From positions 1-30,243 of IMG/VR virus record IMGVR_UViG_3300027780_000047: a stretch of DNA of 30,243 bases; one strand, written 5' to 3'. The stretch is from a virus. Taxonomy: Duplodnaviria > Caudoviricetes. Below, in pieces: positions 1 to 9,784 of this stretch. Position 1 is the first letter of the stretch, and every line of letters starts with the position of its first letter. The notes below the pieces were generated by a model, which was given only the letters and a program-made list of their open reading frames with translations, was not told where the DNA came from and did not search any database. Both the position numbers and the translations under genes were made by a program.

Positions 1-192
1 ACGCGACCAATGTGTTTGATATTCTTATCTATAATGACAATAGCTTTTATATGGGTTGATAGTCATCATGAAATATCTTTTACAGTAGAACAAGAATGGA
101 TAGGTTTACTAAAAACTTTAGTAACCACAGTCTACGTAGCCTATTTTGGTTCACGTGGAGTTGAAAAATATAAAACAATAAGTAATAAATAA
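1..192 (+). CDS. 3TM holin-like membrane protein (GTA_holin_3TM-like), 5'-truncated
   Basis: Frame is open from base 1 (T-R-P-M-C-L-I-F-L...). It has the RP motif before a hydrophobic helix and a C-terminal 'AYFGSRGVEK' typical of 3TM GTA-type holins. Confidence 0.65.
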   Translation, partial: TRPMCLIFLSIMTIAFIWVDSHHEISFTVEQEWIGLLKTLVTTVYVAYFGSRGVEKYKTISNK

Positions 193-200
193 ATTTAAAA

Positions 201-1028
201 ATGGGAAATTTTAGTAGATCACTAAGCATTACGCCAAATGACACAATTAACACGCTACCAGCTTGGGAGTTTATGAATCAAACAGGTTCGTTAGGTAATA
301 ACTTAAGAGGTTCTCTTATATACGTTGGAGGTACTGCTGCAGCTTCAAACGTTAGCGTTATAACAGCTGGTACAGTTGGAATTCAAAATAGAGTAGTTTC
401 ACTGACATTAACAAATGGTGGGTCTGGATATGCAGTTCCCCCGGCTAATCCTCAAGGAACTACTTACACTAGTATTGTACCTACTTCTATTGGACCTAAA
501 GTTGCGTCAGGATTAACTGTAAATATTACAGTTCCAGTACCTGCAACAAACACGTTAGTTCCAGGAACGGGATATAGTGTTGATCCTTTTACAGTATTAC
601 AAGGTGGTGGACTATCAGGAAATATTTTAAGTGTTAATGGCACTGGAGGTATATTAACCTTTGAAATAACAGACGGAGGAGTCGGTTACGCAGTAGGAGA
701 TGTATTAACAATAGTAGACGGTGCTGGAATTAATGGTTCTATAACTTTAGTTACAGCGCCTAACGGAGCGGTAACATTAGCACCTATTGCTGTAGGTGGC
801 GAAGGGTATGCGGTAGGAGATATTATAACAATAGTACAAGCAGGTAGTGGAGGCGATGCTACTTGTACAGTAGATGCAGTACGAAGTTTTTCACCAGTAG
901 CAGGTGATGCTGTGGTGTTTAACAATGTTCCAATTGGAACTGTATTGCCGGTTTACGTAGACTACGTTACAGCTACAGGTACTACAGCAACATTATTAGT
1001 AGCAGGTAGAGAATCAATACTTGATTAG
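201..1028 (+). CDS. Capsid spike-base-like decoration protein (RcGTA Rcc01079-like) with inserted Gly-rich GxGY modules
   Basis: N-part 'ITPND...LIYVGG...NVSVITAG' and C-part 'VVFNNVPIGTVLPVYVDYVTATGTTATLLVA' resemble the ~90-aa head spike base family. The middle ~170 aa contains four GxGY repeats. Confidence 0.6.
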   Translation: MGNFSRSLSITPNDTINTLPAWEFMNQTGSLGNNLRGSLIYVGGTAAASNVSVITAGTVGIQNRVVSLTLTNGGSGYAVPPANPQGTTYTSIVPTSIGPKVASGLTVNITVPVPATNTLVPGTGYSVDPFTVLQGGGLSGNILSVNGTGGILTFEITDGGVGYAVGDVLTIVDGAGINGSITLVTAPNGAVTLAPIAVGGEGYAVGDIITIVQAGSGGDATCTVDAVRSFSPVAGDAVVFNNVPIGTVLPVYVDYVTATGTTATLLVAGRESILD

Positions 1029-1099
1029 TAAATAACTAATATATAGGTGACTATATAAATAACAAACAATCAATAAATAACAATTTAATCAAACCAAAA

Positions 1100-1363
1100 A
1101 TGAGTAAAGTAAAAGAAATGATCAAACCAATGATTACCGAAGACCAGTTAAAAACTGTGCAAGAACAACAAGCTAAATTAAACGAAGCTTTAAGATCAGT
1201 AGGAATACTAGAAGTCCAAAAACAAAACCTAGTCTTACAAGTTCAAGAAATTTCTAAAGGAATTGATGTTACTAAAAAAGAACTAGAAGACGAGTACGGT
1301 CAAGTGAACATTGATCTTGCAGATGGTTCTTACGTTGAGATCGAAAAAGAAGATGCAGAATAA
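1100..1363 (+). CDS. Small coiled-coil phage protein, hypothetical
   Basis: 87-aa ORF with heptad-like helices and a C-terminal 'YGQVNIDLADGSY'; A-rich leader. Confidence 0.75.
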   Translation: MSKVKEMIKPMITEDQLKTVQEQQAKLNEALRSVGILEVQKQNLVLQVQEISKGIDVTKKELEDEYGQVNIDLADGSYVEIEKEDAE

Positions 1364-1580
1364 TATAAGAAAGATTAGCATTGGATCTGATTACAAAAAC
1401 GAAGCTATGCATTATGCTGTAGGGCAACAAGTGTACGGTGGGCATGAGATTTCTCATATACTTTTTGCAGAATCTGATAATTCTTATAATATACACATTA
1501 AAAAAAACAATGAGGTGTTGCCATGGAAGAAATTTAATTCTAACATGGCTATATCTGTTGAGTATGATTTAGAATATTAA
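1353..1580 (+). CDS. Small beta-rich hypothetical phage protein (start reassigned to ATG 1353)
   Basis: In-frame ATG at 1353 (MQNNIRKISIG...) overlaps the upstream gene end by 11 nt. Its stop overlaps the next ATG (TAATG at 1578-1582). Confidence 0.7.
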   Translation: MQNNIRKISIGSDYKNEAMHYAVGQQVYGGHEISHILFAESDNSYNIHIKKNNEVLPWKKFNSNMAISVEYDLEY

Positions 1581-2185
1581 TGAAAAGTTTATTTGATTTT
1601 ATTATAGAACCACTAGGTGGTAAGTATGATAATGAAATTACTATAGGTGATAAAAAATTAATTTTAAATAATAAAATTGAATCATTTAAATCAGTTAATA
1701 ATTTAGCCATTGTAATTGAAACGCCTAAAGCTTATAAAACTCCTATTAAAAAAGGAGATATAATAGTTATACATCATAATGTGTTTAGAACATTTTATGA
1801 TATGAAAGGTAAAAAGAAAAAAAGTAGAGGATTTTTTCATGACAATTTATACTTTTGCCAAATAGATCAGATTTATTTATATAAAAAAAATCAACAATGG
1901 AAGTCTTTTGGAGATAGGTGTTTTATAATGCCATTAAAAAATGATAACTATTTAACAGCAGATAAAGAAAGAAAGCTTATTGGTATAGTAAAAATAAGTA
2001 ATAGCTCCTTAGAAGCTGCAGGAATCAATACTGGAGACCTTGTAGGTTATACACCTAATGGTGAATGGGAATTTATTATAGACGATCAACGTCTTTATTG
2101 TATGAAATCAAATGATATTGTTATAAAATATGAACACGAAGGAAACGAAGTTGAATATAATCCAAGCTGGGCACATAGCGGTTGA
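1580..2185 (+). CDS. Tandem GroES/Cpn10-like co-chaperonin
   Basis: Two GroES-like units: 'LFDFIIEP...AIVIETP...IKKGDIIVI' and 'FGDRCFIMP...GIVK...GINTGDLVGY...EFIIDDQRLYCMKSNDIVIK'. Confidence 0.6.
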   Translation: MKSLFDFIIEPLGGKYDNEITIGDKKLILNNKIESFKSVNNLAIVIETPKAYKTPIKKGDIIVIHHNVFRTFYDMKGKKKKSRGFFHDNLYFCQIDQIYLYKKNQQWKSFGDRCFIMPLKNDNYLTADKERKLIGIVKISNSSLEAAGINTGDLVGYTPNGEWEFIIDDQRLYCMKSNDIVIKYEHEGNEVEYNPSWAHSG

Positions 2186-2405
2186 GGAACTTATTAAAGT
2201 TGCTAAAGAAGCTATTGTAGATTCAGATGAAGATATATCAGCTGACAGACTTAAAAACGCTGCAGCCACAAAAAAACTAGCTATATTTGATGCTTTTGAA
2301 ATACTTAATCGTATTAATACTGAGCAAGACATGTTAGATGAAAAACCTAAAGAAGTTAAAAAAGAAACTACATTTCGTGGTTTTGCTGAAGGGAGATCTA
2401 AATAA
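2130..2405 (+). CDS. Putative terminase small subunit
   Basis: Small helical 91-aa protein directly upstream of TerL and coupled to it (TAATG at 2403-2407). Assignment is positional. Confidence 0.55.
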   Translation: MNTKETKLNIIQAGHIAVEELIKVAKEAIVDSDEDISADRLKNAAATKKLAIFDAFEILNRINTEQDMLDEKPKEVKKETTFRGFAEGRSK

Positions 2406-4615
2406 TGTACGAGCAAACGCTATATAAAATATTACCTGATCACATTAAACCTAAAATTCTTAACCGAATGAATAGGTATAACAAATGGGAATATGGATAC
2501 AATGATGATCATGATATGATTGTTATATCTAAGACTGGACAAATTGGAGAGATTTATGAAATACAAAATCTTAAAATAGCTTTACCTAAGCAAGAAAATG
2601 TTTATAAATTTGAAAAAAATAGATGGACACCATTTCATTATCCTAAAGAATTAAAAAGAATTAAAACTGTATTCGACTGGAGAGAATATCCAGAAGAATT
2701 TAAAGAAAAATACTACGACTACATTGACAACGAGTTTAAACGCCGCGAAGAAGGCTTTTGGTATATTAATAAAAATATCCCTACTTATCTTACTGGTACT
2801 CACTACATGTATTTACAATGGTCGAAGATTGACGTAGGTCAACCTGATTTTAGAGAATCAAATAGATTGTTCTTTATATTTTGGGAAGCTTGCCGAGCTG
2901 ATGATAGATGCTATGGTATGTCTTACTTAAAGAATAGACGTTCTGGATTTTCATTTATGGCATCTGGTGAATGTGTTAACATGGCAACAATATCAACAGA
3001 CGCTAGATTTGGTATATTATCTAAATCTGGTGCGGATGCTAAGAAAATGTTTACTGACAAGGTTGTACCTATATCAGTTAACTATCCTTTCTTTTTTAAA
3101 CCTATACAAGATGGTATGGATCGTCCTAAAACAGAGTTAGCATATAGAGTACCAGCTTCTAAGTTTACAAGAAGATCTATAGTTTCTACAGATAAACCAG
3201 AAGACCTTACTGGACTAGATACAACTATAGATTGGAAAAACACTGGAGATAATGCTTATGATGGAGAAAAATTAAAACTTTTAGTTCATGATGAATCAGG
3301 AAAATGGGAAAGACCTAATAATATATTAAATAATTGGCGTGTTACAAAAACTACGCTTAGATTAGGATCAAGGATTATCGGAAAGTGTATGATGGGATCA
3401 ACGTCAAACGCTTTAGATAAAGGAGGTCATAACTTTAAAAAACTATATGAAGACTCAAACGTTAACAAAAGAAATGCAAATGGACAAACTCGTTCAGGAC
3501 TCTATTCTTTGTTCATTCCTATGGAATGGAATTACGAAGGATACATTGACTCTTATGGTTATCCTGTCTTCGACACCCCACAAAAACAAGTGTTTGGCCC
3601 TCATGGAACTTCAATCAAAATTGGGGTTATTGAATACTGGAACAATGAGGTAGATGGTCTTAAGGAAGACCAGGATGGCTTAAATGAATTTTACAGACAG
3701 TTTCCACGTACAACAAAACACGCGTTCAGAGATGAATCTAAAGAGTCTTTATTTAATTTAACTAAAATCTATCAACAAATAGATTATAATGAAGATTTAA
3801 AAAATACTACAAATGTAACTAAGGGAAGTTTTCAATGGGAAAACGCAGACAAAAATAGTAAAGTTATATTTGTTCCAAATAATTCTGGAAGGTTTTTAGT
3901 AACTTGGGTACCACCTTATAATCTACAAAATAGAGTTGTAGTTAAAAATGGTATATATTACCCAGGCAACGAACACTGTGGAGCTTTTGGATGTGATCCA
4001 TATGATATATCAGGTACGGTTGACAGAAGAGGTTCTAACGGATCTTTACATGGTTTAACTAAGTTTAGCATGGAAGACGTGCCTCCGAATCATTTTTTCT
4101 TAGAATATATTGCTCGTCCACAAACTGCTGAAATATTTTTTGAAGATGTGTTAATGGCTTGCGTATTTTATGGTATGCCTATATTAATTGAAAATAATAA
4201 ACCTAGACTATTATATCATTTTAAAAGAAGAGGTTATAGAGGATTTGCAATGAACAGGCCAGATAAAAAATATAGTAAATTATCTATAACAGAAAGAGAA
4301 ATAGGCGGAATACCTAATTCAAGCGAAGACATTAAACAAGCTCACGCTTCTGCAATTGAAACTTATATAGAAGATTTTGTTGGATTAAAAGAAACAGGAT
4401 ATGGTGACGTGTATTTTCAAAGAACATTAGAGGATTGGGCTAGATTTAATATAAACAATAGAACGTCGCATGATGCTTCTATTAGTTCTGGTTTAGCTTT
4501 AATGGCATGTAATAAACACAGATACGCTCCTAGCGCAATGGTTAAAAGAGAACCTGTTGATTTAGGTATAAAAAGATACAACAATAAAGGAACTATATCA
4601 AAAATTATAAGTTAA
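2405..4615 (+). CDS. terL: Terminase large subunit
   Basis: Walker A-like 'LKNRRSGFSF', Walker B 'LLVHDESGK', coupling motif 'MGST', and RNase H-like nuclease residues 'GCDPYD', 'LIENN', 'HDASISSGLAL'. Confidence 0.92.
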   Translation: MYEQTLYKILPDHIKPKILNRMNRYNKWEYGYNDDHDMIVISKTGQIGEIYEIQNLKIALPKQENVYKFEKNRWTPFHYPKELKRIKTVFDWREYPEEFKEKYYDYIDNEFKRREEGFWYINKNIPTYLTGTHYMYLQWSKIDVGQPDFRESNRLFFIFWEACRADDRCYGMSYLKNRRSGFSFMASGECVNMATISTDARFGILSKSGADAKKMFTDKVVPISVNYPFFFKPIQDGMDRPKTELAYRVPASKFTRRSIVSTDKPEDLTGLDTTIDWKNTGDNAYDGEKLKLLVHDESGKWERPNNILNNWRVTKTTLRLGSRIIGKCMMGSTSNALDKGGHNFKKLYEDSNVNKRNANGQTRSGLYSLFIPMEWNYEGYIDSYGYPVFDTPQKQVFGPHGTSIKIGVIEYWNNEVDGLKEDQDGLNEFYRQFPRTTKHAFRDESKESLFNLTKIYQQIDYNEDLKNTTNVTKGSFQWENADKNSKVIFVPNNSGRFLVTWVPPYNLQNRVVVKNGIYYPGNEHCGAFGCDPYDISGTVDRRGSNGSLHGLTKFSMEDVPPNHFFLEYIARPQTAEIFFEDVLMACVFYGMPILIENNKPRLLYHFKRRGYRGFAMNRPDKKYSKLSITEREIGGIPNSSEDIKQAHASAIETYIEDFVGLKETGYGDVYFQRTLEDWARFNINNRTSHDASISSGLALMACNKHRYAPSAMVKREPVDLGIKRYNNKGTISKIIS

Positions 4616-7006
4616 ATGAATATATACACGAATAGTAACAGTGCTTTTCCTAGCCAAGTGGTTAGTGATCAAGAAAAGGCTACATTAGAATACGGTAGTC
4701 AAGTTGCGCAGGCTATTGAAAATGAATGGTTTGATCAAGGTAGAACTAATGGTAATAGATATTTAACTAATTGGAATAATTTTCATCAATTAAGATTATA
4801 CGCTCGTGGAGAACAAAGTGTACAAAAATATAAAGATGAATTATCTATTAATGGTGATTTGTCTTATCTTAATTTAGACTGGCAACCAGTGCCAATATTG
4901 TCTAAGTTTGTAGACATAGTTGTTAATGGTATTTCTCAAAAAAGCTATGATATAAAAGCTTATGCTCAAGATCCAAGTTCTGTAAAGAAAAGAACAAAAT
5001 ACGCTAATAAAATATACGAAGACATGTTAGCTAAAGAATACTTAGACATGGTCAAGTCAACTTTAGGTATGGATTTATATCAAAGCCCTGCTTCAAAACT
5101 TCCTGGGACTGAAGAAGAATTAGAATTACATATGCAGCTTACTTATAAGCAAGCTATTGAAATTGCTGAAGAAGAAACTATATCAGGAGTATTAGCACAA
5201 AATAAATATGATTTAATTAGACGTAGACTTAACATGGATTTAACAGTGTTAGGTATAGCTGCAACAAAAACTGATTTTAATGTAGCCGAAGGAATAACAA
5301 TTGATTATGTTGATCCTGCTTACATGGTTTATTCATATACTGAAGATCCTAATTTTGAAGATATATATTATGTTGGTGAAGTTAAATCTATAACTATACC
5401 AGAACTTAAAAAAGAATTTCCAAATATAAGTGAAAAGGAATTATTAGATATCCAAAAAATGCCAGGTAATAAACAATATATAACTGGCTGGGGTAATTAT
5501 GATGAAAATACAGTTCAAGTTATGTATTTTGAATACAAAACTTATTCAAACCAAGTATTTAAAATAAAAAATACTCCTCAAGGTTTACAAAAAGCATTAG
5601 AAAAAACAGATGAATTCAATCCACCAGTAAATGATGGATTTGAAAGAGTGTCAAGATCTATTGAGGTTTTATACAGTGGAGCAAAGGTGTTAGGTAATAA
5701 TACTATCTTGAAATGGGAGATGGCAGAGAATATGACAAGACCTTACGCTGATACTACAAAGGTAGAAATGAACTATGCTATTTGTGCTCCTAGAATGTAT
5801 AAGGGTAGAATAGAATCTATGGTTAGTAAATGTATTGGTTTTGCTGATATGATTCAATTAACACATCTTAAACTACAGCAGGTGATGTCTAGATTAGTTC
5901 CAGATGGTGTATTTTTAGACATGGATGGTTTAGCTGAAGTTGATTTAGGTAACGGTACAAACTATAACCCAGCTGAAGCACTTAACATGTATTTTCAAAC
6001 TGGTTCGATTGTTGGTAGGTCACTTAATCAAGACGGTGAAATGAATAGAGGTAGAGTGCCTGTTCAAGAACTAACAAGTTCTAGTGGTCAAGCTAAAATT
6101 CAAAGTTTAATACAAACTTATCAGTATTACTTACAAATGATACGTGATGTAACAGGATTAAACGAAGCTAGAGACGGTAGTTTACCTGATAAAAGCACCT
6201 TAGTAGGATTACAAAAAATGGCTGCTAATGCGTCTAATGTTGCTACTAAACATATAGTTCAATCAAGTTTATATTTAACATTAAAAATAGCTGAAAACAT
6301 AGCACTAAAAGTTGCTGATGCTTTATCATTTCCTTTAACCTCTGAATCTTTAGTTAATTCTATATCTACTTATAACGTTTCAACATTAGATCAAATAAAA
6401 AAATTAAATCTTCATGACTTTGGGATATTTTTAGAATTAGAGCCAGATGATGAAGAAAAAGCTCAACTAGAGGCTAACATGCAAATGGCATTACAACAAG
6501 GTGGTATTGATTTAGAAGATGTTATTGATATAAGAAATATACATAATCTTAAATTAGCAAATCAAATGCTTAAAATAAAGCGTAAAGAAAAAGCTAAACA
6601 AGAACAAGCTAATCAACAAGCTAATATAAAAGCTCAAGCTGATGCTCAAGCAGATACTGCTCAAAAAACTGCAATGGCTGAAGTTGAAAAACAAGAAGCT
6701 ATTAATAATTCTAAAGTCCAATTTGAACAAGCTAAAGCTCAAATGGAGTTACAGCGTATGCAGTCAGCGTCTCAATTAGAACAACAAAAAATGCAGGTAC
6801 AATTTCAATTTGACATGCAGTTAAAACAAATGGAAGTTCAAAATACCCAATCAAAAGAAGGTGATATTGAAGACCGTAAAGATAAACGTAGCAAAATGGA
6901 AGCTACGCAACAAAGTCAATTAATAAACCAAAGACAAACTGATGGTTTACCTAGAGATTTTGAACAACAAGAACAACAACCAAGTATAGCACCACAAATG
7001 TTATAA
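4616..7006 (+). CDS. Portal protein
   Basis: 796 aa directly after TerL; motifs 'PILSKFVDIVVNG' and 'IRDVTGLNEARDG'; long Q/E/K-rich C-terminal coiled-coil barrel as in podovirus portals. Confidence 0.85.
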   Translation: MNIYTNSNSAFPSQVVSDQEKATLEYGSQVAQAIENEWFDQGRTNGNRYLTNWNNFHQLRLYARGEQSVQKYKDELSINGDLSYLNLDWQPVPILSKFVDIVVNGISQKSYDIKAYAQDPSSVKKRTKYANKIYEDMLAKEYLDMVKSTLGMDLYQSPASKLPGTEEELELHMQLTYKQAIEIAEEETISGVLAQNKYDLIRRRLNMDLTVLGIAATKTDFNVAEGITIDYVDPAYMVYSYTEDPNFEDIYYVGEVKSITIPELKKEFPNISEKELLDIQKMPGNKQYITGWGNYDENTVQVMYFEYKTYSNQVFKIKNTPQGLQKALEKTDEFNPPVNDGFERVSRSIEVLYSGAKVLGNNTILKWEMAENMTRPYADTTKVEMNYAICAPRMYKGRIESMVSKCIGFADMIQLTHLKLQQVMSRLVPDGVFLDMDGLAEVDLGNGTNYNPAEALNMYFQTGSIVGRSLNQDGEMNRGRVPVQELTSSSGQAKIQSLIQTYQYYLQMIRDVTGLNEARDGSLPDKSTLVGLQKMAANASNVATKHIVQSSLYLTLKIAENIALKVADALSFPLTSESLVNSISTYNVSTLDQIKKLNLHDFGIFLELEPDDEEKAQLEANMQMALQQGGIDLEDVIDIRNIHNLKLANQMLKIKRKEKAKQEQANQQANIKAQADAQADTAQKTAMAEVEKQEAINNSKVQFEQAKAQMELQRMQSASQLEQQKMQVQFQFDMQLKQMEVQNTQSKEGDIEDRKDKRSKMEATQQSQLINQRQTDGLPRDFEQQEQQPSIAPQML

Positions 7007-7017
7007 ATTTTATTAAT

Positions 7018-7039
7018 TATTTAATTATATTATATTATG
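7018..7039 (+). promoter_or_regulatory. 22-nt leader motif TATTTAATTATATTATATTATG ending in the scaffold ATG (copy 1)
   Basis: Identical to 9763-9784, with the same position relative to the start codon. Confidence 0.6.
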
Positions 7040-8254
7040 TCAGAAGAAACAAAAACAAATGAACCTGTTAAACAGGAGGGTGACTTTAAAATAAAGTCTA
7101 AAAAACCTAAGCAATTAGGAAACAAAGAACAAGAAATTAAAAAGGTAAATTTAAAAGAACCTTTAGTACAACTACCACCTGAAGTAACAAAGGTTGTAGT
7201 ACCTAGTGATGAACTAAAAAAAGAAGACGATGCCATTCAAATCGGAGAAACAGAAAAAGTGGATGTGGGCGAACAAGCCGGAGATAGCGTTAAGATGGAC
7301 GAACAAGTATCAGAGCCCAGCAAAACTATTGAAGAATTTAACCCATTATCAGAAGTAACTGAAGAAGAAGTAAAAAAAGTTACTAAAGAAATTAAAGAAG
7401 CTGTAAGAGATGAGAAAGTTCTTGGAAAAGCTTTACCAGAAAACATTGAAAAATTAGTTACCTTCATGGAGGAAACTGGTGGAACTATAGAAGATTACAC
7501 TAGACTTAATGCAGATTATTCTAATGTTGATGAAAATACTTTACTAAAAGAATACTACAAGAAAGCTAAACCACATTTAGATTCTGAAGAAATTAATTTT
7601 ATAATGGAAGAAAACTTCGATTATGATACAGATATTGACGAAGAGCGTGACGTCAAAAGAAAAAAACTCGCTAAAAAAGAAGAGATTGCAAAAGCTAAAG
7701 GGTTTTTGGATGACTTAAAGGATAAATATTACGAGGAGATCAAGTTGAGACCTGGTATTACCCAAGAGCAATCAAAAGCAATGGATTTTTTCAATCGCTA
7801 CAACGAGCGACAAACCGTAGCAGAACAACAAAAAGAAAGATTTAAACAAAGTACTAAACAATTATTTAACCAAGATTTCAAAGGTTTTGATATCAATGTT
7901 GGTGACAAGAAATTTAAGTACAACGTTCAAAATCCTGAAAAGATTTCAGAAAATCAATCAAACATCGAATACATAGCTAAGAAGTTCTTAGATAAAAACG
8001 GTGACATAAAAGATACATCTGGGTATCACAAAGCTATATATGCCGCTGACAACGTTGATAAGATTGCTAGTCATTTTTACGAACAAGGAAAAGCTGATGC
8101 TGTAAAAGAAGTTATCAGTAGTTCTAAAAACCCAACATTAGATAAAGCTAGGAAACAAAGTTCTGGTGAAGTATTTATTGGCGGATTAAAAGTAAAAGCT
8201 ATTAGTGGATTAGATTCAACAAAACTAAAAATTAAAAAAACAACATTTAACTAA
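7037..8254 (+). CDS. Putative capsid scaffolding protein
   Basis: Between portal and MCP; acidic, low-complexity N-terminus followed by a helical region; 'FYEQGKADAVKE' near the C-terminus. Confidence 0.7.
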   Translation: MSEETKTNEPVKQEGDFKIKSKKPKQLGNKEQEIKKVNLKEPLVQLPPEVTKVVVPSDELKKEDDAIQIGETEKVDVGEQAGDSVKMDEQVSEPSKTIEEFNPLSEVTEEEVKKVTKEIKEAVRDEKVLGKALPENIEKLVTFMEETGGTIEDYTRLNADYSNVDENTLLKEYYKKAKPHLDSEEINFIMEENFDYDTDIDEERDVKRKKLAKKEEIAKAKGFLDDLKDKYYEEIKLRPGITQEQSKAMDFFNRYNERQTVAEQQKERFKQSTKQLFNQDFKGFDINVGDKKFKYNVQNPEKISENQSNIEYIAKKFLDKNGDIKDTSGYHKAIYAADNVDKIASHFYEQGKADAVKEVISSSKNPTLDKARKQSSGEVFIGGLKVKAISGLDSTKLKIKKTTFN

Positions 8255-8265
8255 AAACTAAAATT

Positions 8266-9696
8266 ATGGCTTTAAGTCCTCAATTTGGTAGTATAATTCC
8301 TTCGCAGGCACAACAAATTCTAGCGAGTAATTATCTACAATTTAACACTGGCGCTGGCGCAGATTTCGCTCAGCAATATTTACCAGAAATCTACGAACAA
8401 GAAGTAGAGCGTTATGGAAACAGAACGTTATCTGGATTTTTAAAAATGGTTGGCGCTGAAATGCCAATGACTTCTGATCAAGTAATTTGGTCTGAACAAA
8501 ATAGATTACATATATCTTACAATGCATGTACACAGGCTAATGGCGCTGGTACTTCATCTGTAATTCAAATATCTCCTTTGTTAGCAACTGCTCAAAACGT
8601 GATATCAGTAAATGATACCGTTGTTGTTTTAGATCCAGTATCTGGACTAGAAGCAAAAGCAATTGTTACAGCTTCCACACCTGGTGCAGCTGGTTCTATA
8701 ACAGTACAGCCTTTTAACGCTGCTGGTAGTTTAACAACTATAGGTTTAAGTGCAGGCGGATTAAAAGTATTTGTATACGGTTCTGATTACGCAAAAGGAT
8801 CTAATATTCCTACTGCTGGTGCAGGATCAAGAATATCTGTTAACCCAGTACTTACTCAATTTGCTAATTCTCCAATCATTATTAGAAACCAATACACTAT
8901 AAATGGTTCTGATATGGCTCAAATCGGTTGGGTTGAAGTTGCTACTGAAGATGGAACATCTGGATTTTTATGGTATCTAAAAGCTGAATCTGAAACAAGA
9001 TTACGTTTTGAAGATTACTTAGAAATGGCAATGATAGAAGGTGAACTAAACGGTTCAGGAGTTAACACTAATACTCAAAGAGGTACACAAGGTTTATTTG
9101 CTGCTATTCAAGCAAGAGGTAACGTGCAAGTAGGATTTACTGCTGCTGCTGGTCTTGGTGACTTTGATGCAATACTTAAGAATCTTGATACTCAAGGAGC
9201 TATTGAAGAAAACATGTTATTTTTACAGAGACAAACATCTCTTGATTTTGATGATATGTTAGGAGCAATATCTTGGGGTGCTGCAGGAGGAACTGCTTTC
9301 GGTTTATTCGAAAACTCTGAAGAAATGGCTTTAAACTTAGGTTTTAGTGGTTTCAGAAGAGGTTCTTATGACTTTTACAAAACTGATTGGAAATACTTAA
9401 ATGACGCTTCTACAAGAGGTGGTATCGTAGGTGTTAACTCAATCGAAGGTGTATTAGTTCCTGCTGGAACATCTACAGTTTACGATCAAATTTTAGGAAC
9501 TAACATCAGAAGACCTTTCTTACACGTAAGATATAGAGCTTCACAAGGTGATGATAGAAGAATGAAATCTTGGTTAACTGGTTCTGCTGGTGGTGCATTT
9601 ACTTCAACTCTTGATGCTATGGAAGTTAACTTCCTATCTGAAAGATGTTTAGTAACTCAAGCTGCTAACAACTTTGTATTATTCAAAGGACTATAA
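8266..9696 (+). CDS. Major capsid protein
   Basis: 476 aa after the scaffold, strongly biased codon usage, motifs 'QQYLPEIYEQEVERYGNRT' and 'FRRGSYDFYKTDWKYLND'; followed by a terminator-like hairpin. Confidence 0.85.
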   Translation: MALSPQFGSIIPSQAQQILASNYLQFNTGAGADFAQQYLPEIYEQEVERYGNRTLSGFLKMVGAEMPMTSDQVIWSEQNRLHISYNACTQANGAGTSSVIQISPLLATAQNVISVNDTVVVLDPVSGLEAKAIVTASTPGAAGSITVQPFNAAGSLTTIGLSAGGLKVFVYGSDYAKGSNIPTAGAGSRISVNPVLTQFANSPIIIRNQYTINGSDMAQIGWVEVATEDGTSGFLWYLKAESETRLRFEDYLEMAMIEGELNGSGVNTNTQRGTQGLFAAIQARGNVQVGFTAAAGLGDFDAILKNLDTQGAIEENMLFLQRQTSLDFDDMLGAISWGAAGGTAFGLFENSEEMALNLGFSGFRRGSYDFYKTDWKYLNDASTRGGIVGVNSIEGVLVPAGTSTVYDQILGTNIRRPFLHVRYRASQGDDRRMKSWLTGSAGGAFTSTLDAMEVNFLSERCLVTQAANNFVLFKGL

Positions 9697-9711
9697 AAAG
9701 TCAACTTTAAT

Positions 9712-9756
9712 GTAATTCTTACCCTCGTTGTATTAACGGGGGTAATTATTACTCTT
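9712..9756 (+). terminator. Putative intrinsic terminator/hairpin downstream of MCP
   Basis: Stem TTACCCTCGTT (9719-9729), loop GTATT, stem AACGGGGGTAA (9735-9745) with one G-U pair; followed by a T-rich tract (TTATTACTCTT). Confidence 0.6.
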
Positions 9757-9762
9757 ATAAAC

Positions 9763-9784
9763 TATTTAATTATATTATATTATG
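9763..9784 (+). promoter_or_regulatory. 22-nt leader motif TATTTAATTATATTATATTATG ending in ATG 9782 (copy 2)
   Basis: Identical to 7018-7039. Confidence 0.6.

Noticed and set aside
1311-1352. Upstream start of the 89-aa ORF
   Set aside because: It overlaps the previous gene by 53 nt; ATG 1353 is a more plausible coupled start.
2405-4615. Intein or intron in TerL suggested by its length
   Set aside because: No intein splice motifs or homing endonuclease signature seen; the length is explained by an N-terminal extension.
7615-7645. 'FDYDTDID' resembling an RNAP metal-binding motif
   Set aside because: It lies in the acidic helical scaffold protein between portal and MCP; compositional coincidence.
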